Shown here piece by piece: positions 1-14,314 of a stretch of 64,000 bases of DNA. The notes beneath the pieces are model-generated. The model was not told the origin of the DNA. It was given only the letters and a program-made list of their open reading frames with translations, and made no database searches. This DNA is from Laetmonice hystrix (lineage: Eukaryota), in the NCBI GenBank assembly GCA_965235115.1, contig OZ249436.1, positions 36,086,001 to 36,150,000 of the forward strand, in the 5' to 3' direction. Position 1 is the first letter of the stretch. Each line of letters begins with the position of its first letter. The translations under genes and the position numbers were made by a program.

Positions 1-450
1 ATGGGATGGGACATCCACCACAAACTAGCTGTACTACCATGATGTGTGGGATGGGACATCCACCACAAACCTGTACTATCTGATGTGTGGCTTGGGATGG
101 GACATCCACCACAAACCTGTACTACCTGATGTGTGGCTTGGGATGGGACATCCACCACAAACTAGCTATACTACCATGATGTGTGGGATGGGACATCCAC
201 CACAAACCTGTACTACCTGATGTGTGGGACATCCACCACAAACTAGCTGTACTACCTGATGTGTGGCTTGGGATGGGACATCCACCACAAACCTGTACTA
301 CCTGATGTGTGGGATGGGACATCCACCACAAACCTGTACTACCTGATGTGTGGGATGGGACATCCACCACAAACCTGTACTACCTGATGTGTGGGATGGG
401 ATGGGACATCCACCACAAACCCGTACTTCCTTGTACACGGCTTGGGATGG
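1..450. repeat. Minisatellite, about 41-nt core (gggatgggacatccaccacaaacctgtactacctgatgtgt) with length variants
   Basis: About 9-10 tandem copies; truncated by the window start. Confidence 0.95.
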
Positions 451-1217
451 GACTTTCCCCTGCGTAACCTAAAGAACACATTTGTACGACCCTATATATG
501 GGGCCTACACCCGTCACTCGCTATTAACTGATGCGTGGCGTAGCTCGGGATTTCCACCAGTAAACCAGCAATAACTCATGTGTGTCCGGGTGTCTGTGAT
601 ATTGATGATCTATCGATGATTCTACTTGTAGATCAATGACCCTCGATATTAATCATTGTAACACGGACTGAGGCCTACCCCTGGAACAATCGCCCGACTC
701 CACAGGTTGGGTCTGAACTGGACCTGGCGGCATTCCAGCACCAACCACACCAAATCGATAAGTCAACTTTACACGCTGTACTTTTTCTGAGTACCTTCTG
801 TGAGTATCTAACTGGGGGTCATCATTATGTAATGTTTAAATGAAGTGTGCCCAAGTGTGCCATGGTCATCCCGTCATATAAAGCAATTAAAAAATGGCAA
901 GGCCCGACAGTACTTTTTAATCAACTCATTTTATCCTAGCTCGGTCACCTCCAATACAGGTAATTAAAGCCACTGCACACAACTACATCAAAACAATCTT
1001 CATGACGAGTAAAGAATATCCACTGGTACACACTAATAGGATTCTCCTGACCTATTCATTTAAAATCATCACCAGTAGCCAGTATATCATTGCCTTACAA
1101 CGGATACTGTTACCAATATGAAATCTGATTCAGATTCATGTGGCGGAGGGCACGATATTAGCAGGTACATCATTTCCCTGACAACTTTATTGGCGGCAGA
1201 AAAAAGTAATACATTAC

Positions 1218-1292
1218 CTGTCCATTCTCATCTTCCTCATCTATGGTATCCAGAGCTGCTGTAATATCCAAAAATGTGCCATACATCGACAT
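1218..1292 (-). CDS. Candidate exon (MSMYGTFLDITAALDTIDEEDENGQ); alternative first or internal exon of a gene continuing past the left edge
   Basis: Protein-like acidic peptide ending at a CAG|gtaatg phase-0 donor; a possible acceptor tttaag at 1326 would extend it to 1325. Confidence 0.45.
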
Positions 1293-3225
1293 GATGCTAG
1301 CTGTACGCTTGGTCGAGATGGTCGACTTAAAGGTAAACTCCCGTATCTCGGTCCTCACAATACAATATGTACCCACAAGGATCCTTGATCCACACTCTCG
1401 TACGGTCAAGAATGAGGACCTGCCACACACGGACAACACAGGTGTTTACACAGGACAAATATTTTGTACCGCACAAAAACAATCTCCGCTGTGCAGCGAT
1501 TTAATCCTGACGAAACTGGCCCACATAATTCAATCTCCGCGGTTTGGACAAATGTGAAATCCCAGATACGTTTGTGTGATTGCGGGTGTGACTTTTTGGG
1601 TCGCCTTTACGGGGGAGTCTTCATCCCCATATCCACGACATGTAGTACCAATCTTGGCGTCTGTTCGGTGACAGTGAGCCAGATGTGAGGCTGGTTGTCG
1701 GGCGGCGCCGCTACATCTCCTGTCTTCATCAATCACAAATAAAGCTGTGATGTCGAGTTGGTCTGGTCGCCGTGGCTACTCGACCGTGTAGAGTTGACCA
1801 TCCGACCCGCCCGTCCCCGGGCTGATCAAAGTAAAGACGCACCACCAAAGGCAATCAGTAGCCCTTGGCCTCTTCCAGCTGGTTGCACCTTAAAATATCA
1901 TGCGGACACTTCTAGCATAGTGCAAGTGGGAGGGGGCGTGTTGGCTTCAGTGGCACACTAGAGTACACATGGACACGCTATCCTTCAGTTGAGCTGCAAG
2001 TCACAAATCGGTCCCCCACAAAATGTTGCATGTAGTCCTCAGGTATCGTCAACCCACTGGGGGAACCTGTGTCCACCCGTCATGGTTCACGTGTTCCGTT
2101 TTGTCTGTGTGGTCGAGATGCTCCTGCAGGGCAGGGCTGGTCCAGTTTCGGACCGTGTCACTCACTAACTTCACTGACCGTTCCCAGTTTGTGACTCGCG
2201 AGGCGGCGGTGTATTCCTTACTCCACAGGTGTCACGTGTAGGTGTGCCGCAGCCCCCACCACGGCCACATCATGCGGCGATGATCACACCAACCACCGCG
2301 GCCGTCCAAGCCATGATCATCACCGACCGGCCACGTATGAACACGGCGGACTTCAACCACCACGCCGGCCGCTTGGACTGAGGCGATCCCAGACCTCCGT
2401 CCACCTTCTATCCACCTAACGAGGACAGTCCTCCCGATCTCTCTCGCTGTCACGATCCAACCGCTCACATTCAGGTCGAATCCTGCATTAATGCTGCATG
2501 ATATTTTGATTGCGTACACGCCCTATACTGGTGCTGCCGGCGAGCGTCTTGCTGGCCATGGTTCTCCGGTTGACTGAGACTCGCCCTCCCGGTGCTGTCT
2601 TAACGGCGGGCGGCGAGGTGCGGGCGGGCGACCGTGGCCGTCTCTCACCTGGGAGGCAGCCAGCCGTGACCCCCTAGCTGGCCACGTATGTGGCACACAG
2701 CGGGGCCCACATAGCACATGGTAACAGTATGGCGGGTCGGCGAACACAGACTGCAGATGATACAATGATGACCCCCCCCCCTCCTCCCTTAGACAGACAC
2801 ACTGACAAACAGACACATGATAGCGCCCTGACAATTCCACATTGTGCACTTACACCACTCCAGTCTGTAACAAGTACATCAAAGATATTATTAGATTCCG
2901 TCAACAGATCCTCTTTCTTTCACTACAAGTGTTGAGAGATACGATGATCCAGCATCAGAGGGCCTCCCACTATCAGTACGGACCATCTGGATCACCTTGG
3001 CCACCGACGACAACATTTGACACTGAGCACGTTCGTTCTGTGGCCAGCCGAGGGTCCCAGAGCCGCCTCCTACTCATGTGGCACACACCTCGCGGCACAT
3101 CGACCCCTCTGTCATGACCGATATAATTCTTTATGTGGACAAACAGGAAAACAAGTATACGCCCATCACCTGTACGCCTTCAGCAACCAAACTTCACGTT
3201 TCGAGCACCTCATGTTATACACCAG

Positions 3226-4050
3226 CTAACACAGTAGGGCTGACAGAACCCAAGTGGGACCAATCAGGTAACACGGTAGGGCTGACAGAACCCAAGTGGG
3301 TCCAGTCAGGTAACACGGTAGGGCTGACAGAACCCAAGTCAGTCCAGTCAGGTAACACGGTAGGGCTGACAGAACCTAAGTGGGTCCAATCAGGTAACAC
3401 GGTAGGGCTGATAGAACCCAAGTGAGACCAATCAGGTAACACGGTAGGGCTGACAGAACCCAAGTCAGTCCAGTCAGGTAACACGGTAGGGCTGACAGAA
3501 CCTAAGTGGGTCCAATCAGGTAACACGGTAGGGCTGATAGAACCCAAGTGAGACCAATCAGGTAACACGGTAGCAGGGCTGACAGAACCTACGTGGGGCC
3601 AATCAGGTAACACGGTAGGGCTGACAGAACCCAAGTGGGTCCAGTCAGGTAACACCGTAGGGCTGACAGAACCCAAGTGGGTCCAGTCAGGTAACACGGT
3701 AGGGCTGACAGAACCTACGTGGGTCCAATCAGGTAACACGGTAGGGCTGACAGAACCCAAGAGGGACCAATCAGGTAACACGGTAGGGCTGACAGAACCC
3801 AAGTGGGACCAATCAGGCAACACGGTAGGGCTGACAGAACCCAAGTGGGTCCAATCAGGTAACATGGTAGGACTGATAGAACCCAAGTGAGACCAATCAG
3901 GTAACACGGTAGCAGGGCTGACAGAACCTACGTGGGGCCAATCAGGTAACACGGTAGGGCTGATAGAACCCAAGTGAGACCAATCAGGTAACACGGTAGC
4001 AGGGCTGACAAAACCTACGTGGGGCCAATCAGGTAACACGGTAGGGCTGA
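3226..4050. repeat. Minisatellite, 42-nt unit (ggtaacacggtagggctgacagaacccaagtgggtccaatca) with 45-nt variants
   Basis: About 19 tandem copies; explains the repetitive ORFs at 3078-4039. Confidence 0.97.
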
Positions 4051-5679
4051 GAAAACTTTCTGATTCAACTCATTTTGCATTTGAGCTCCTAATAACTCTT
4101 CACTATACGATAAGTTGTAACCGGTCTGACGTCGCTCCCTCACGTGAAGATGGAAGGAATCAATCTGTTGCAGAATCTTTCTGCATTAATAGCACGCGGC
4201 ATCACCTTGGCAGGCCAAGTCTATCCATCAGTCGACATTCGCTGCTCTGTCAGCTATAGAATAACATGATACCGATGTGCGTTCTTACTGTTATGATGGT
4301 GACCAAACACTCCAGTAGCACGTACAAGACACTACTGTTGCATCATGAGAAATATATGTCATTGTTGGGCAGGTGTCATGTACTGTATCGTGAAAAAAGT
4401 ACACTACTTTATACTTTAAAAACCATATAATAACGTTCATTGCATGTCACGTTTCAATTGGTAAAATTACGCCCCTGGGAAGTTCTGGTCAAGACAAGAC
4501 ATGGCCCAGAATGATCAGTATGTGAAACAGAAGGTGTTCGATCAAGGGGAAGTGGTCAGTGACTGGTCAAGATCCCACAGCTGTCCTGCAGCAGCTGTTA
4601 CCTGTGTAACCTGTATGGAGGAACGTACGTACGTATACTCCTGGGCTAACCCTTCAACACCTGACGACCTGGCCTAATGTATAACACAGGACCTAAAACT
4701 TTATATCGCACGCAAACCGGCACGACACCTGCATGAACTTTGACCTACCTTTAGTTTAGTTTCGGGTAGTACACTATGTATACGGTTTAACAAAGCGATA
4801 ACATAATCAAGAATACCTGCTTTCATCCCTCTCGACTCTAGATCCCCCGACATAAACAAACAGGACTAAATGAAATGGTATCAACCGAAACGGGGACTTG
4901 CAATCCAGAGTTTCTTTTGTTATTATTTCCGCCTTTTCCCAAATGCGTGTGCAATCAACGGTCTCGTTGGTGCAATCAACTAAGATCCGATTTATCTCCA
5001 CTTGAAACAAGACCCCTAGAGCAGTTAAAATGATGTAATCAGATAAAAAATAGTCATTCGGTGGGGTGGGGGGTTAGAAAATTAGCATCAGGTACCTCAG
5101 CACTTCAATAAAAGCGCATCCCACCCACTTGAGTCGGTATTTTAACACAAAGTGAAAGTCGAGCACGTTGGACCCTTACCGTTGGGGCGTTCCTTCCCCC
5201 CTTACCCCGGGTTATTTACTGCTAACCTCTGAGACAGGTTACATCATCAGCCCAGACTACAGTCCGTGTCACTGCCTGCCACATCACACCTCCACAGTTG
5301 AAATCTCCCAGTATCAATGTATGACACGCCCCGGGGTCAAACCGCAACACCACCTCTTGTCTGATTCTGACGCCCTGAGGTTAAGACACACTGCCCGCTG
5401 ACACACCCTCAGGTGTTGGGTATTCAGGTTGAATTCATTGTAAATACAGCCTTTACTTAGACGGGCCACACAACGCCCTCAGTGATCCCCGTTAGTCCCG
5501 GTATAGCCAGGGTATAATTAGACAGGCACGGCGGCTGTTTGCCAGTAATAGGTTCTTCCCTGACAAAACCTGGGAACATTCGGCACTGCAGCAGGTCACT
5601 GCCAGAAAGGTGCACCCTGTTATTGTACTGACCACCTTGAAGACAACCTCTCAGGGCACAGGTGTGGAGGGAATGCAAG

Positions 5680-5895
5680 TCCACCGGAATGCAGGTCGGC
5701 CGGACCTGGATTCCTTGGTTATGCAGGTCCTAGGTCATCAACTTCGTGGCATAAGACAATATAATTAATAAGAAAATACAATTGGATTAGGGTTAAGGGT
5801 TAGGGATAGGATTATGAAGAAATATTGATACCTATACTTCAGCGGTTACAGGTCCGTCGTCGGACCTGCATTTCACGGGGACTTCCTTTCACACC
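5680..5895. mobile_element. Degenerate MITE-like element with internal TTAGGG-like repeats
   Basis: aatgcaggtcgg...ggacctg inverted against caggtcc...ggacctgcatt; centre attagggttaagggttagggatagg. Confidence 0.5.
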
Positions 5896-6519
5896 GGCCG
5901 TCCCTACCAGTCGTCGGTCACACCTCCATGGGCCAACTTTTAATCAAGGTCCTTTTCCCCCTTTAGCCTATTCTGTCCTATCCCGTTGAATCTGTTTCTA
6001 TACGAGACTATATACCGTTTTAATGCTCTATTTGAACTGAATAGGCTGAGGGATGCTGTACGTTAGTGTTCATGTAGAATGTCTATTCAGCTCTAACATA
6101 AATCTGTGTGGCAACCAGACATCAGTTTTTGCTCAGTATAGTAGTACATCAAGACTTCCTTACACAGCCGCACATAAATTACTACAGGCATCGCCTATGT
6201 CACCTAAATCTAAATAATGATGACTACGGAAATGAAAACAAAAGGCACGAGCGACCTCTAGTCCTTGTCACGACCTTAGCAGGTTCCAACGAAGTGGACA
6301 ATCCAGAAAACAGCCAACAGCTGCGGTTGACGTTCCCACTTTGGATAGCCGCCAACACTGTGAAAAATAGCTAGCGGTCGTCCCATATCAATGTGTCGAG
6401 ATGATTCCGAGGTGTCCCTTCACCAACAGGCAAGTGGCACGAAGCAATCATTTGAATACCGTGTCTAGGTTTACGCGTCAACACCATTGGTAAAGGGCCC
6501 GCTTACAAAACTTATCAAG

Positions 6520-6603
6520 TATGTCAACCCCTTCGACTGTGTCGCCAGCAATTAATTAACCTATGTCAATCCCTTCGACGGTGTCGCCAGCAATTAATTA
6601 ACC
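6520..6603. repeat. Tandem duplication, about 42 nt x2
   Basis: tatgtcaa(c/t)cccttcgac(t/g)gtgtcgccagcaattaattaacc occurs twice. Confidence 0.9.
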
Positions 6604-8339
6604 ATCATCTACACCTCAAGGTCATCATCGAGTTTGCGAGAAAAGAACGAATATGCGCACCAAAGATATTATATTTTAGGTTTACAGAAAAGTAGAAAGG
6701 GAATTTCAAATCTAAAAGTCTAGGCCTCACCATTGTTGCACTGATTTTCAGACAAATCCTGAAGTGTAAATGATCCAATATTAGTACTCCACATTCACAA
6801 CCAGCACTAACTCATATAATAAATCACTTCACATGGTTTTCGTAAGCCTTGTCAACCCTACATCTACACTTCCTATGAACTGTTATATTTGATCGTGTTT
6901 ATAATTATTGTTTTGGTGGAGGGGAGGTTTGTCTTTACGCCCAACACAATTAACCCACGTTACCTCCATGAATGCGAGGCGTCCATATATCAGACAAGTA
7001 GGCCTATAAATCCTCATTCTATTATTATCTACATATCTCACTTCATTATTGTGTCGACTGTAGGCTGTGTTCGCCAGCCACATCTCTCATCAAACCAATA
7101 CAAGTCTTTCAGCTCACTAATGACTGTCACCTAAACATTTATACATCCACTTCCTAATCGCTACCCGTCACCGAAACAATAGCTGTGATATTACAGTGCT
7201 AGCTGCATATTCGCTGCAATCACGCATTCCGACCGACTTCGGTCAATATTTGAAACATTATTTCAGATGAATATGACAATTTCAATTTGTGTTGTTAACC
7301 CCTATCAAATAGACTGAGAGTTGTCCAGTCAGTCAAACTGCCCTTCCAAATTAATGTTTCCTTGCCGTTAACAACCGGCGGCAGCAATGTTCACTGTCTA
7401 CGCAAACAATACAGTATACAATAACCGTGCGATAAGGCATCATCCTTGTCTTCAAAACACAGACTTCAAACAAATACTCATTACCTTAATCAGCCAACAG
7501 AGATGCTTAAAAAATAAATTAGCCGCAATAGAAATAACTATCAGTATTACGACTTCAGTCAGCTTAAAAACACTGAAAATATATGGCAATCTCAAAAGAT
7601 GAAAGGATACTGCTCTTAAAATGCCGTTCCAAGGAAAGACAAAGGAAAAAATCGCTAATGCAAGTTGCACGCATTTTTTCCGCTGCATTATTGAAAAGGA
7701 AAATATACCCACCAAAAGGTTCAAGGGCAAGCTAGATACCTGGGAAATATATCGCCAGTCATATCATCTTGTAACAAAGGCTCCAACATGGCGGGCTGGC
7801 AGCGCCTGTATCGTAAGCATTTACCTGTCAGGATATTTTTCTCTTCTTTTACTTTGGTAATCACGCTACGCGTTTCTGGCCGACACATTTATAATAATAA
7901 CGCTTTTCATCACCAAGTTCCAGAAGTGTATGAAGATCAATATAACCAAAACTACCGACAGAAATTTCAATAAAGCATGAAGATTAAAAATTTTTGAGGT
8001 ACTTTGGACGGTTTAATAATACTGTACACTGCCACCGATCAAAATAAAAGTCCTAAAGCTGAAACATCGTACGGAAAAGGTCGTGCTAAGATGATAAGAG
8101 AGCCGGGGTCTATCTGAGCCCCTTCATCCTTACGGCACCCCCGCTTCAGTAACTAACGAGTCAGATAATGAGCAACCTTATACTTGTACCCGTCGGCTGT
8201 AACTGCGCGTCTCCTAATGGTAACAAAATTTGAAAAGAGCTCATGCCTTGCAAGTCCAAGAATCGTAAAAATCTATTTTATTCTAAAATTGTAACTCGAC
8301 GAGATGTTTTAAATCACTGATCCAAGATACCGGTATTAA

Positions 8340-9475
8340 AGGGGCATATTATGAGGAAACGTTAAAAATCGGTATTTCATAGAACTTTTGCTGTTTCCAT
8401 AAAGAGATCCTTCATTAAAATTGCTTAGTAAACAAAGACAGACTTATCAGTTTCATTTTGCGTGAGAAATCGAAGTTTATTAAAGAGATGCGTCACTTTT
8501 CTCAGTGGCGCCACCTCGTGGCAATTGACGAACTCTATTTTTACACGTTGCAACGCGTTTTTTACGTCACTCATACTGTCAACAACACGGCAATGCAGAG
8601 GCAGAGTCAAGTCTGGCCGCTTCGCATCCCAGAAACAGTTTGACAAAAGGCTTCACGATGCCAGAAAAATGTACTTGAATATGTGTTTTAACATTGGAGT
8701 CTATGGGACCGATAAGACCCTTGGTAGTGAAAATGTCGATATCTCATGAATTTCCATGGTGACATATGATTTTTTTTAATCTAAAGTGTTCAAAACAAGT
8801 CATGCAACAATTCTGAGAAGTATTTTCAGGATCTCTGGGTTAGAAATGTCTGAAAAAAATCTTCTCTCTTCTAATTCGAACCAAAAATTTCACGTATCTC
8901 TCTCTACTGTAGACTGTAGTAGTGCGAGTTGAAGGCCTATCTTCAAATGCTCATAACTCAGGATCCGATATGGTGACCCGCCATTTTCTTTGCACCAAAA
9001 TACTCGAAAAATGTAGAATTATTTTATGTGAAAGTAGCCTGAAAATCTCTGGGTCAGAAATTTTTGGCTTATTGGTGTCGAGTCCCTTTAAGCTCCCTTG
9101 CCCGCTTCTCTGCCGATTTCGTAAAATATTTTTTGGGTGGTATTCTGATGCCGGGCGATCGAGTGCAACTGATGAATTGTTTACAACTAAACGAAGCACG
9201 TGAACAAGCACATGCAGAGAGTGCACACGCAGGAGGTGACGCAGTATGCAAATACACGGGTTGATGGTAGGTTGTCTACCAAATTATGGCGGGAGATGTG
9301 CTATCGGGAGAAATCTATAGGTTTGGTCGTATAGAATCTACTTGTGCTGCATACGCAGCGAAAACACGTCGGAGGACAAAATGCTGTGGTAGGATTATTT
9401 ACTTGGATCCCTAGTACACGGTCATGTTGGATAATTGCCGGAAATCCTCAAAAACGTGTTTCATAGCATGCCCCT
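8340..9475. mobile_element. Non-autonomous DNA transposon, Kolobok-like (TTAA target)
   Basis: TTAA|AGGGGCATattatga at the left end and tcatagcATGCCCCT|TTAA at the right; no transposase ORF seen. Confidence 0.7.
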
Positions 9476-12400
9476 TTAAAATGAAGACCTTTTTCAGGAA
9501 GTCTCAAGTTTAGGAACCATAAGTTTGATTCAATTATGTGTGTTCCTAATCCGTGACTACTGCGATCTCGCATATAAATACATGCAGAGGACTGAAGAAG
9601 GCCTGCCTTAACAACAGGAGTCGGCGGGAAATCATCCGGGGGAGAAAAAGTGTGATTCAAAGGTTATATAACTATTGATGTAACTTTCACTGTGTTGAGT
9701 TAACACCGCCGAGCTCTGTGACCTGTCAGTCCCCGAGTACGTGCTGTCACGTCAGTCACACTCTCGTCACATGTTAGACAGTAATTGGCCTTAGACTTCT
9801 GTCTTCATGGGCGCTCTTATTTCCTCTCATGCCTGTTATAAATGTGTCACATTATTTTGATGACCCAGGCTTCACGAGCTGTCACAGCCTCGGTTCTTTA
9901 AATCAACCACCTTGCAGCCGTCCTTTTACTTGAAGTGAACACGCCTCGATAACTTTATCAAACAAAATATATCCTAATAAACGTTTTTATAAAGTGCAAC
10001 TCCCCAGACTAGGAGTGCCTTGTGTAGGCAGAACATTCCATAGATATCCTGATTTCAAACCTCTGTTTACCCCACAATATGTCTGAGAGTAACTTGTATG
10101 AATTCAGTGTAACGTTACACCGCCTTGATCTATACAAGACGTTACCTAAGGAAGGAACCATTGTTTTGTGCTTGTCTAAATGAGAGATCAAAGGAGCCTC
10201 CAGGACAGCAGGGTCAGGGGGTCAGGTCACTAGGCCAAAGGGGTTGCATGGGGTCGGAGGGGCACTACCCCCGGTCTATTGTTAGGGAACCTGAAATAGG
10301 CGACTCAAAGGAGCACCAAGTCTGATGACCTAGTGGTGTATCTCTCCGTTTTCGCCTCCTCATTTAATAATCTTAACTCAGTATTGTCTGACGTATGAAT
10401 ATTTGCAATAAAGTCTTCTAATTCTTCAGGTAAAATAAGCCTTAACATAACCTTCACACAGTCGCTTTACAGTTAACTTTCGAATAATATTGATCTAAAT
10501 CAACAACTGAACATCCCTGCCGACCTAATGCCCCTTTAAAGCTATTTTATCCGCAAGAACGCATGAAAGCCCATTTGTTTACATGCGGGACGTAAAGTTT
10601 GGGAAAACACGATGTGGGATGAAACTGTTGGTAACAAACGTTACCAGTTGGATCACCTGCTTTACACCATCTCATACCTTACATTCCAGAAATACCGCAG
10701 CACCAGGTAAACAGCGACCCCTATCACAATACGTAGACAATAGTGGGGTACCCGCCACAAACTCTATTGTCCTACCTGTCAGAGTACCTGTCGCTGCCAT
10801 TCGTAAACCATCATATTCTACAGGTAATCTATTATGTCGGTGATACTACTCTGCAGCTCTACTGTCAGGTGTGCCTTGACAAGGAAGCTGTGTAACTAGA
10901 GATCACCCAAGTTGATTTTCTAACGGTACAACAGTAGATGGTTTTACTACAGGATCTCCTGAACCTTTACAGATGGGGGGGGGGGGGGGGGGGGGGCAGG
11001 GCCGCAAGCATTTTCTGCCTAAGTAACTGAACTCACAATATATGTACTGTACCAGTATAAAGGTCTTTTGGGGCAGCTGGGGACATAGGGAACTCATGCG
11101 AGGGGAGTAGTGCCCTGCCTGTGATCCCCACACTCAGTGCAAAGGTTACAATAGAATCTCCGATTACACGTATAAAAGAACACGCCAAGACTATAAACAC
11201 GTGAACTCATTCTGCGACACTCATGTCTCGGAAGTCTGCCAGAAATGTTGGCCATCTTCAAATGTGTTCCACAAAATCTCTTTTATAGCTAGAGATTTAC
11301 TCAGCCTAATCTCATGGCTGGATAAATTTACTGCATCCATTGCTCCTTCAAAGGATCTTGGTATTCAATTATTACTCGGGGCAGCTGATCCATTTTTTTC
11401 TTTACATAAACTACAGTGGCTTCGGGATATTCTTAATTCCATTATCAGCACCAGATTCTGGCAGAGAAAACCAGGTCAAGCAAAATGAGTACCGGTACGT
11501 GTAGTAAGGTTTCTTTATCTTAGATAATGGCTCGTTGACTTTGCAAATATGCTCGTAGCCAGATGTCTTCGAGGGTTTCACAACGGTAGTTGACCTGTGC
11601 TATGGGAAACAAAGATGCAGAGATAGAAGTATTAAGCATTTGAGAGGTTTCCCTCAGCCCGCCATTCCTCTGCAGGCCAACACACGTGCCCTAAAACAGG
11701 CCTCCAGGCCCCTAGGCCCCGCATTACACACTGCCAAATGCGTTCGCTTCAGATCTCAATCAAGGCACCCAAAAATCATTGTAAAGGTATGAATAGGTGA
11801 TCGGGGATTCGAGTATGCATCGAGGCAATGCTACTTTTATTTTGTAGAGAAGTTTGAAGAGGGGATTTGGTCCATTTACTACCTATAGAAACCCAGCCGG
11901 CCCACGGTGTTGTACGACCTCTCACAGGTAAACCTTAGGCCTCCCTCCCTGTGGCCTCCGAGGAGTTAAAATCAAAGCAACACCTAGCTTAAGCCTTTGG
12001 ATCAATGCGTTCAAAGCATTACATTTGGAGTGGTAATGCGTTAAATGGGCGTTATTGATGTCTAAGCGATTGTTGATGACCTAAAGGCCATGTTGAAGAT
12101 TGTCCTTAAACGACGTAATGACCATGTAAACTGCCAAAGTACAATGATATAACACATGCAGCATATTTACAGGACGAACCGACTGCAATTTTAACAGACA
12201 GTTAATTACCATGATCAACTACGACTGAAATATCCCTTGTCCCGCTCTGGAAACTTTGTTTGATCTATCGTAAACTTGTGTAAAAAGGAAGCAAAGATAC
12301 TGCCCCAATCCTTGTACCCCGGAGAATAGTCCTCTACTTGTGCCTGAAAAAGATTACTTTGACCTAACATTAATTTATCAATAATTTGTATTGATATCTT

Positions 12401-14314
12401 TTGTGTTATATTCATACTCTAGAACTATTTCCTTTGGACAAAGTATAAAGAAGTAATGTATTTTCAGACCATTCACAACACGACGTTCAAAGACCATATC
12501 GGCTGTAAAGGTATTCAATCCTCGACCAATTCCCTTTGCTGCCCCCTGGTGGCAAACGTGTACATTAGTCCTATTCCGTGCGAAAAGAACCTACCCTTTA
12601 GACTCTTACATTCAACCTTTCAGTCTCCGCTGGAGAAACAAACAATACAGGTACCTTCATTAGATTCAACTCGTGTCTCCATTTACATACATTCTACATC
12701 ACTCCCCGAGTAAGGATATAAATCTGCAGCTTGAAGAATATAACGTAGAATCTTCAACTAATATCGGTATATTTGAAATCCACCAACCAACACATATACA
12801 CTGTTTTGCCGTACGTCTTTATTTATACGCATTGGTAAGTATTCTAGAGTGCTGCTGAGAGCAACCTACATCACAGAATCTTACTACAGAATTATTTTAT
12901 CGAGAGCAAGGTTTTCTTTCAGGACAGCAGCAAGTAAACAGATCGATTACCCAGGCCCAGCATCAATCTAACTCACGGCGATTTCTTCTGTCGTCGTTTC
13001 TTCTATTCTCAGTATTATAACAATACACAGCCCCTTTGCAAGTGGAACGCCACGTTCAAATCGTCAACAGCGAGAGAAATGTAAAAAGCAGTTCTACTAG
13101 CGATTGTATACACCTTTGGACAATCAGGAAGGATAAGATACGACACGGAAAGAATACTGTTGTGTACTGGAATCGCTGCTCGGCTCCCTGTTGTACAGTT
13201 ACAACCCCTGACACCTCGGGACGACACTCAATTCGTCGGCTCCTGCTGCCACCTGGTGTAGATTAACGTTCCCACCAGGCAGCGAAAGGCTGCTCACCAT
13301 CACTGAACTGTCCGGTATCGGCCCCTGGCCACGTCCTAGATACGTTAGTTTTTCAAATATGAACATCCACATTTCATCATTCTTACTATGTACTGGCCAG
13401 CCTGTCCGCATACTAGTATATTAAGACTGAATATTGTGGCTACAATCAAGGTAGGCCTATACTGTACTCCTAATGCAGTATTAGTACGTATTACCTTATA
13501 TCTCCCAATAAACTTAGGCCCCTACCGATTAGACTACCTCTGACAACATTTCTGGACACCACTTAGGCTACATAAGCATTATAAATAAAATTTGCATTTT
13601 ATGCATCACTAGAGAAAAGTCAAATATCATTATTATGTACCGGAAATTAACTAACGCCAGTAAGGGGTTCATTTCCAGCAGTCATACTGGTAATTAAACC
13701 ATAAAGTAATATACCGGCTATGCAGTAAAACTATATGTCATGAGAGAGTGTGTCAAATATACGCTTAAAGTCCAAAAGCTTTGAAGGGCCCTGCACTACC
13801 TAAAAAATTCAGTATCACTTTGGCAGGACAGTGTAGGCCTGGCTGCCTTGAGATTGAGGTGTGTGTGGGTATGGGTGCAGGTTGGGTGTGGCGTACACAT
13901 GCAAGCACAAAGAGTTTTCCTATACAGTGATCACCTGAAAGGGCGTGGTCATGTTGAAGCTAGTCGGTCCATACATTTTTAACGGCAATCCATTTGGGTC
14001 ACTTAACCTGATAAATTATTGGAATTTTTCCTGTATAGATCTATGTCTGGAATGCACAGCTGTATTGACCTGACTTTCCAATTTCAGCTGTCTTTATCAC
14101 ATCTTTTTAGTTCATTATTCCAGTGCTAATATTACACTCATCGAATCTGTTCAGAGACCAGCTCAGAACTGAACTTCCAAAATGGCGTCTACCTTTCGTC
14201 CCGCAAAAGTGATGTTGAAATTACCTTTGACGACATCTATAGTGTGAGAAGGAGAAGTCTCTTACCCCGTCTCTTACCGGGGTACTCTAGTCTACCAATC
14301 AATAAAATACTATG

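Noticed and set aside
1..450. CRISPR-like array or 82-aa repeat protein
   Set aside because: No unique spacers, eukaryotic context and frameshifting unit lengths; it is a simple minisatellite
5785..5812. Interstitial telomere
   Set aside because: Only 3-4 degenerate TTAGGG units inside a MITE-like element
8340..9475. Autonomous transposase gene
   Set aside because: Only short ORFs with no DDE or THAP motifs
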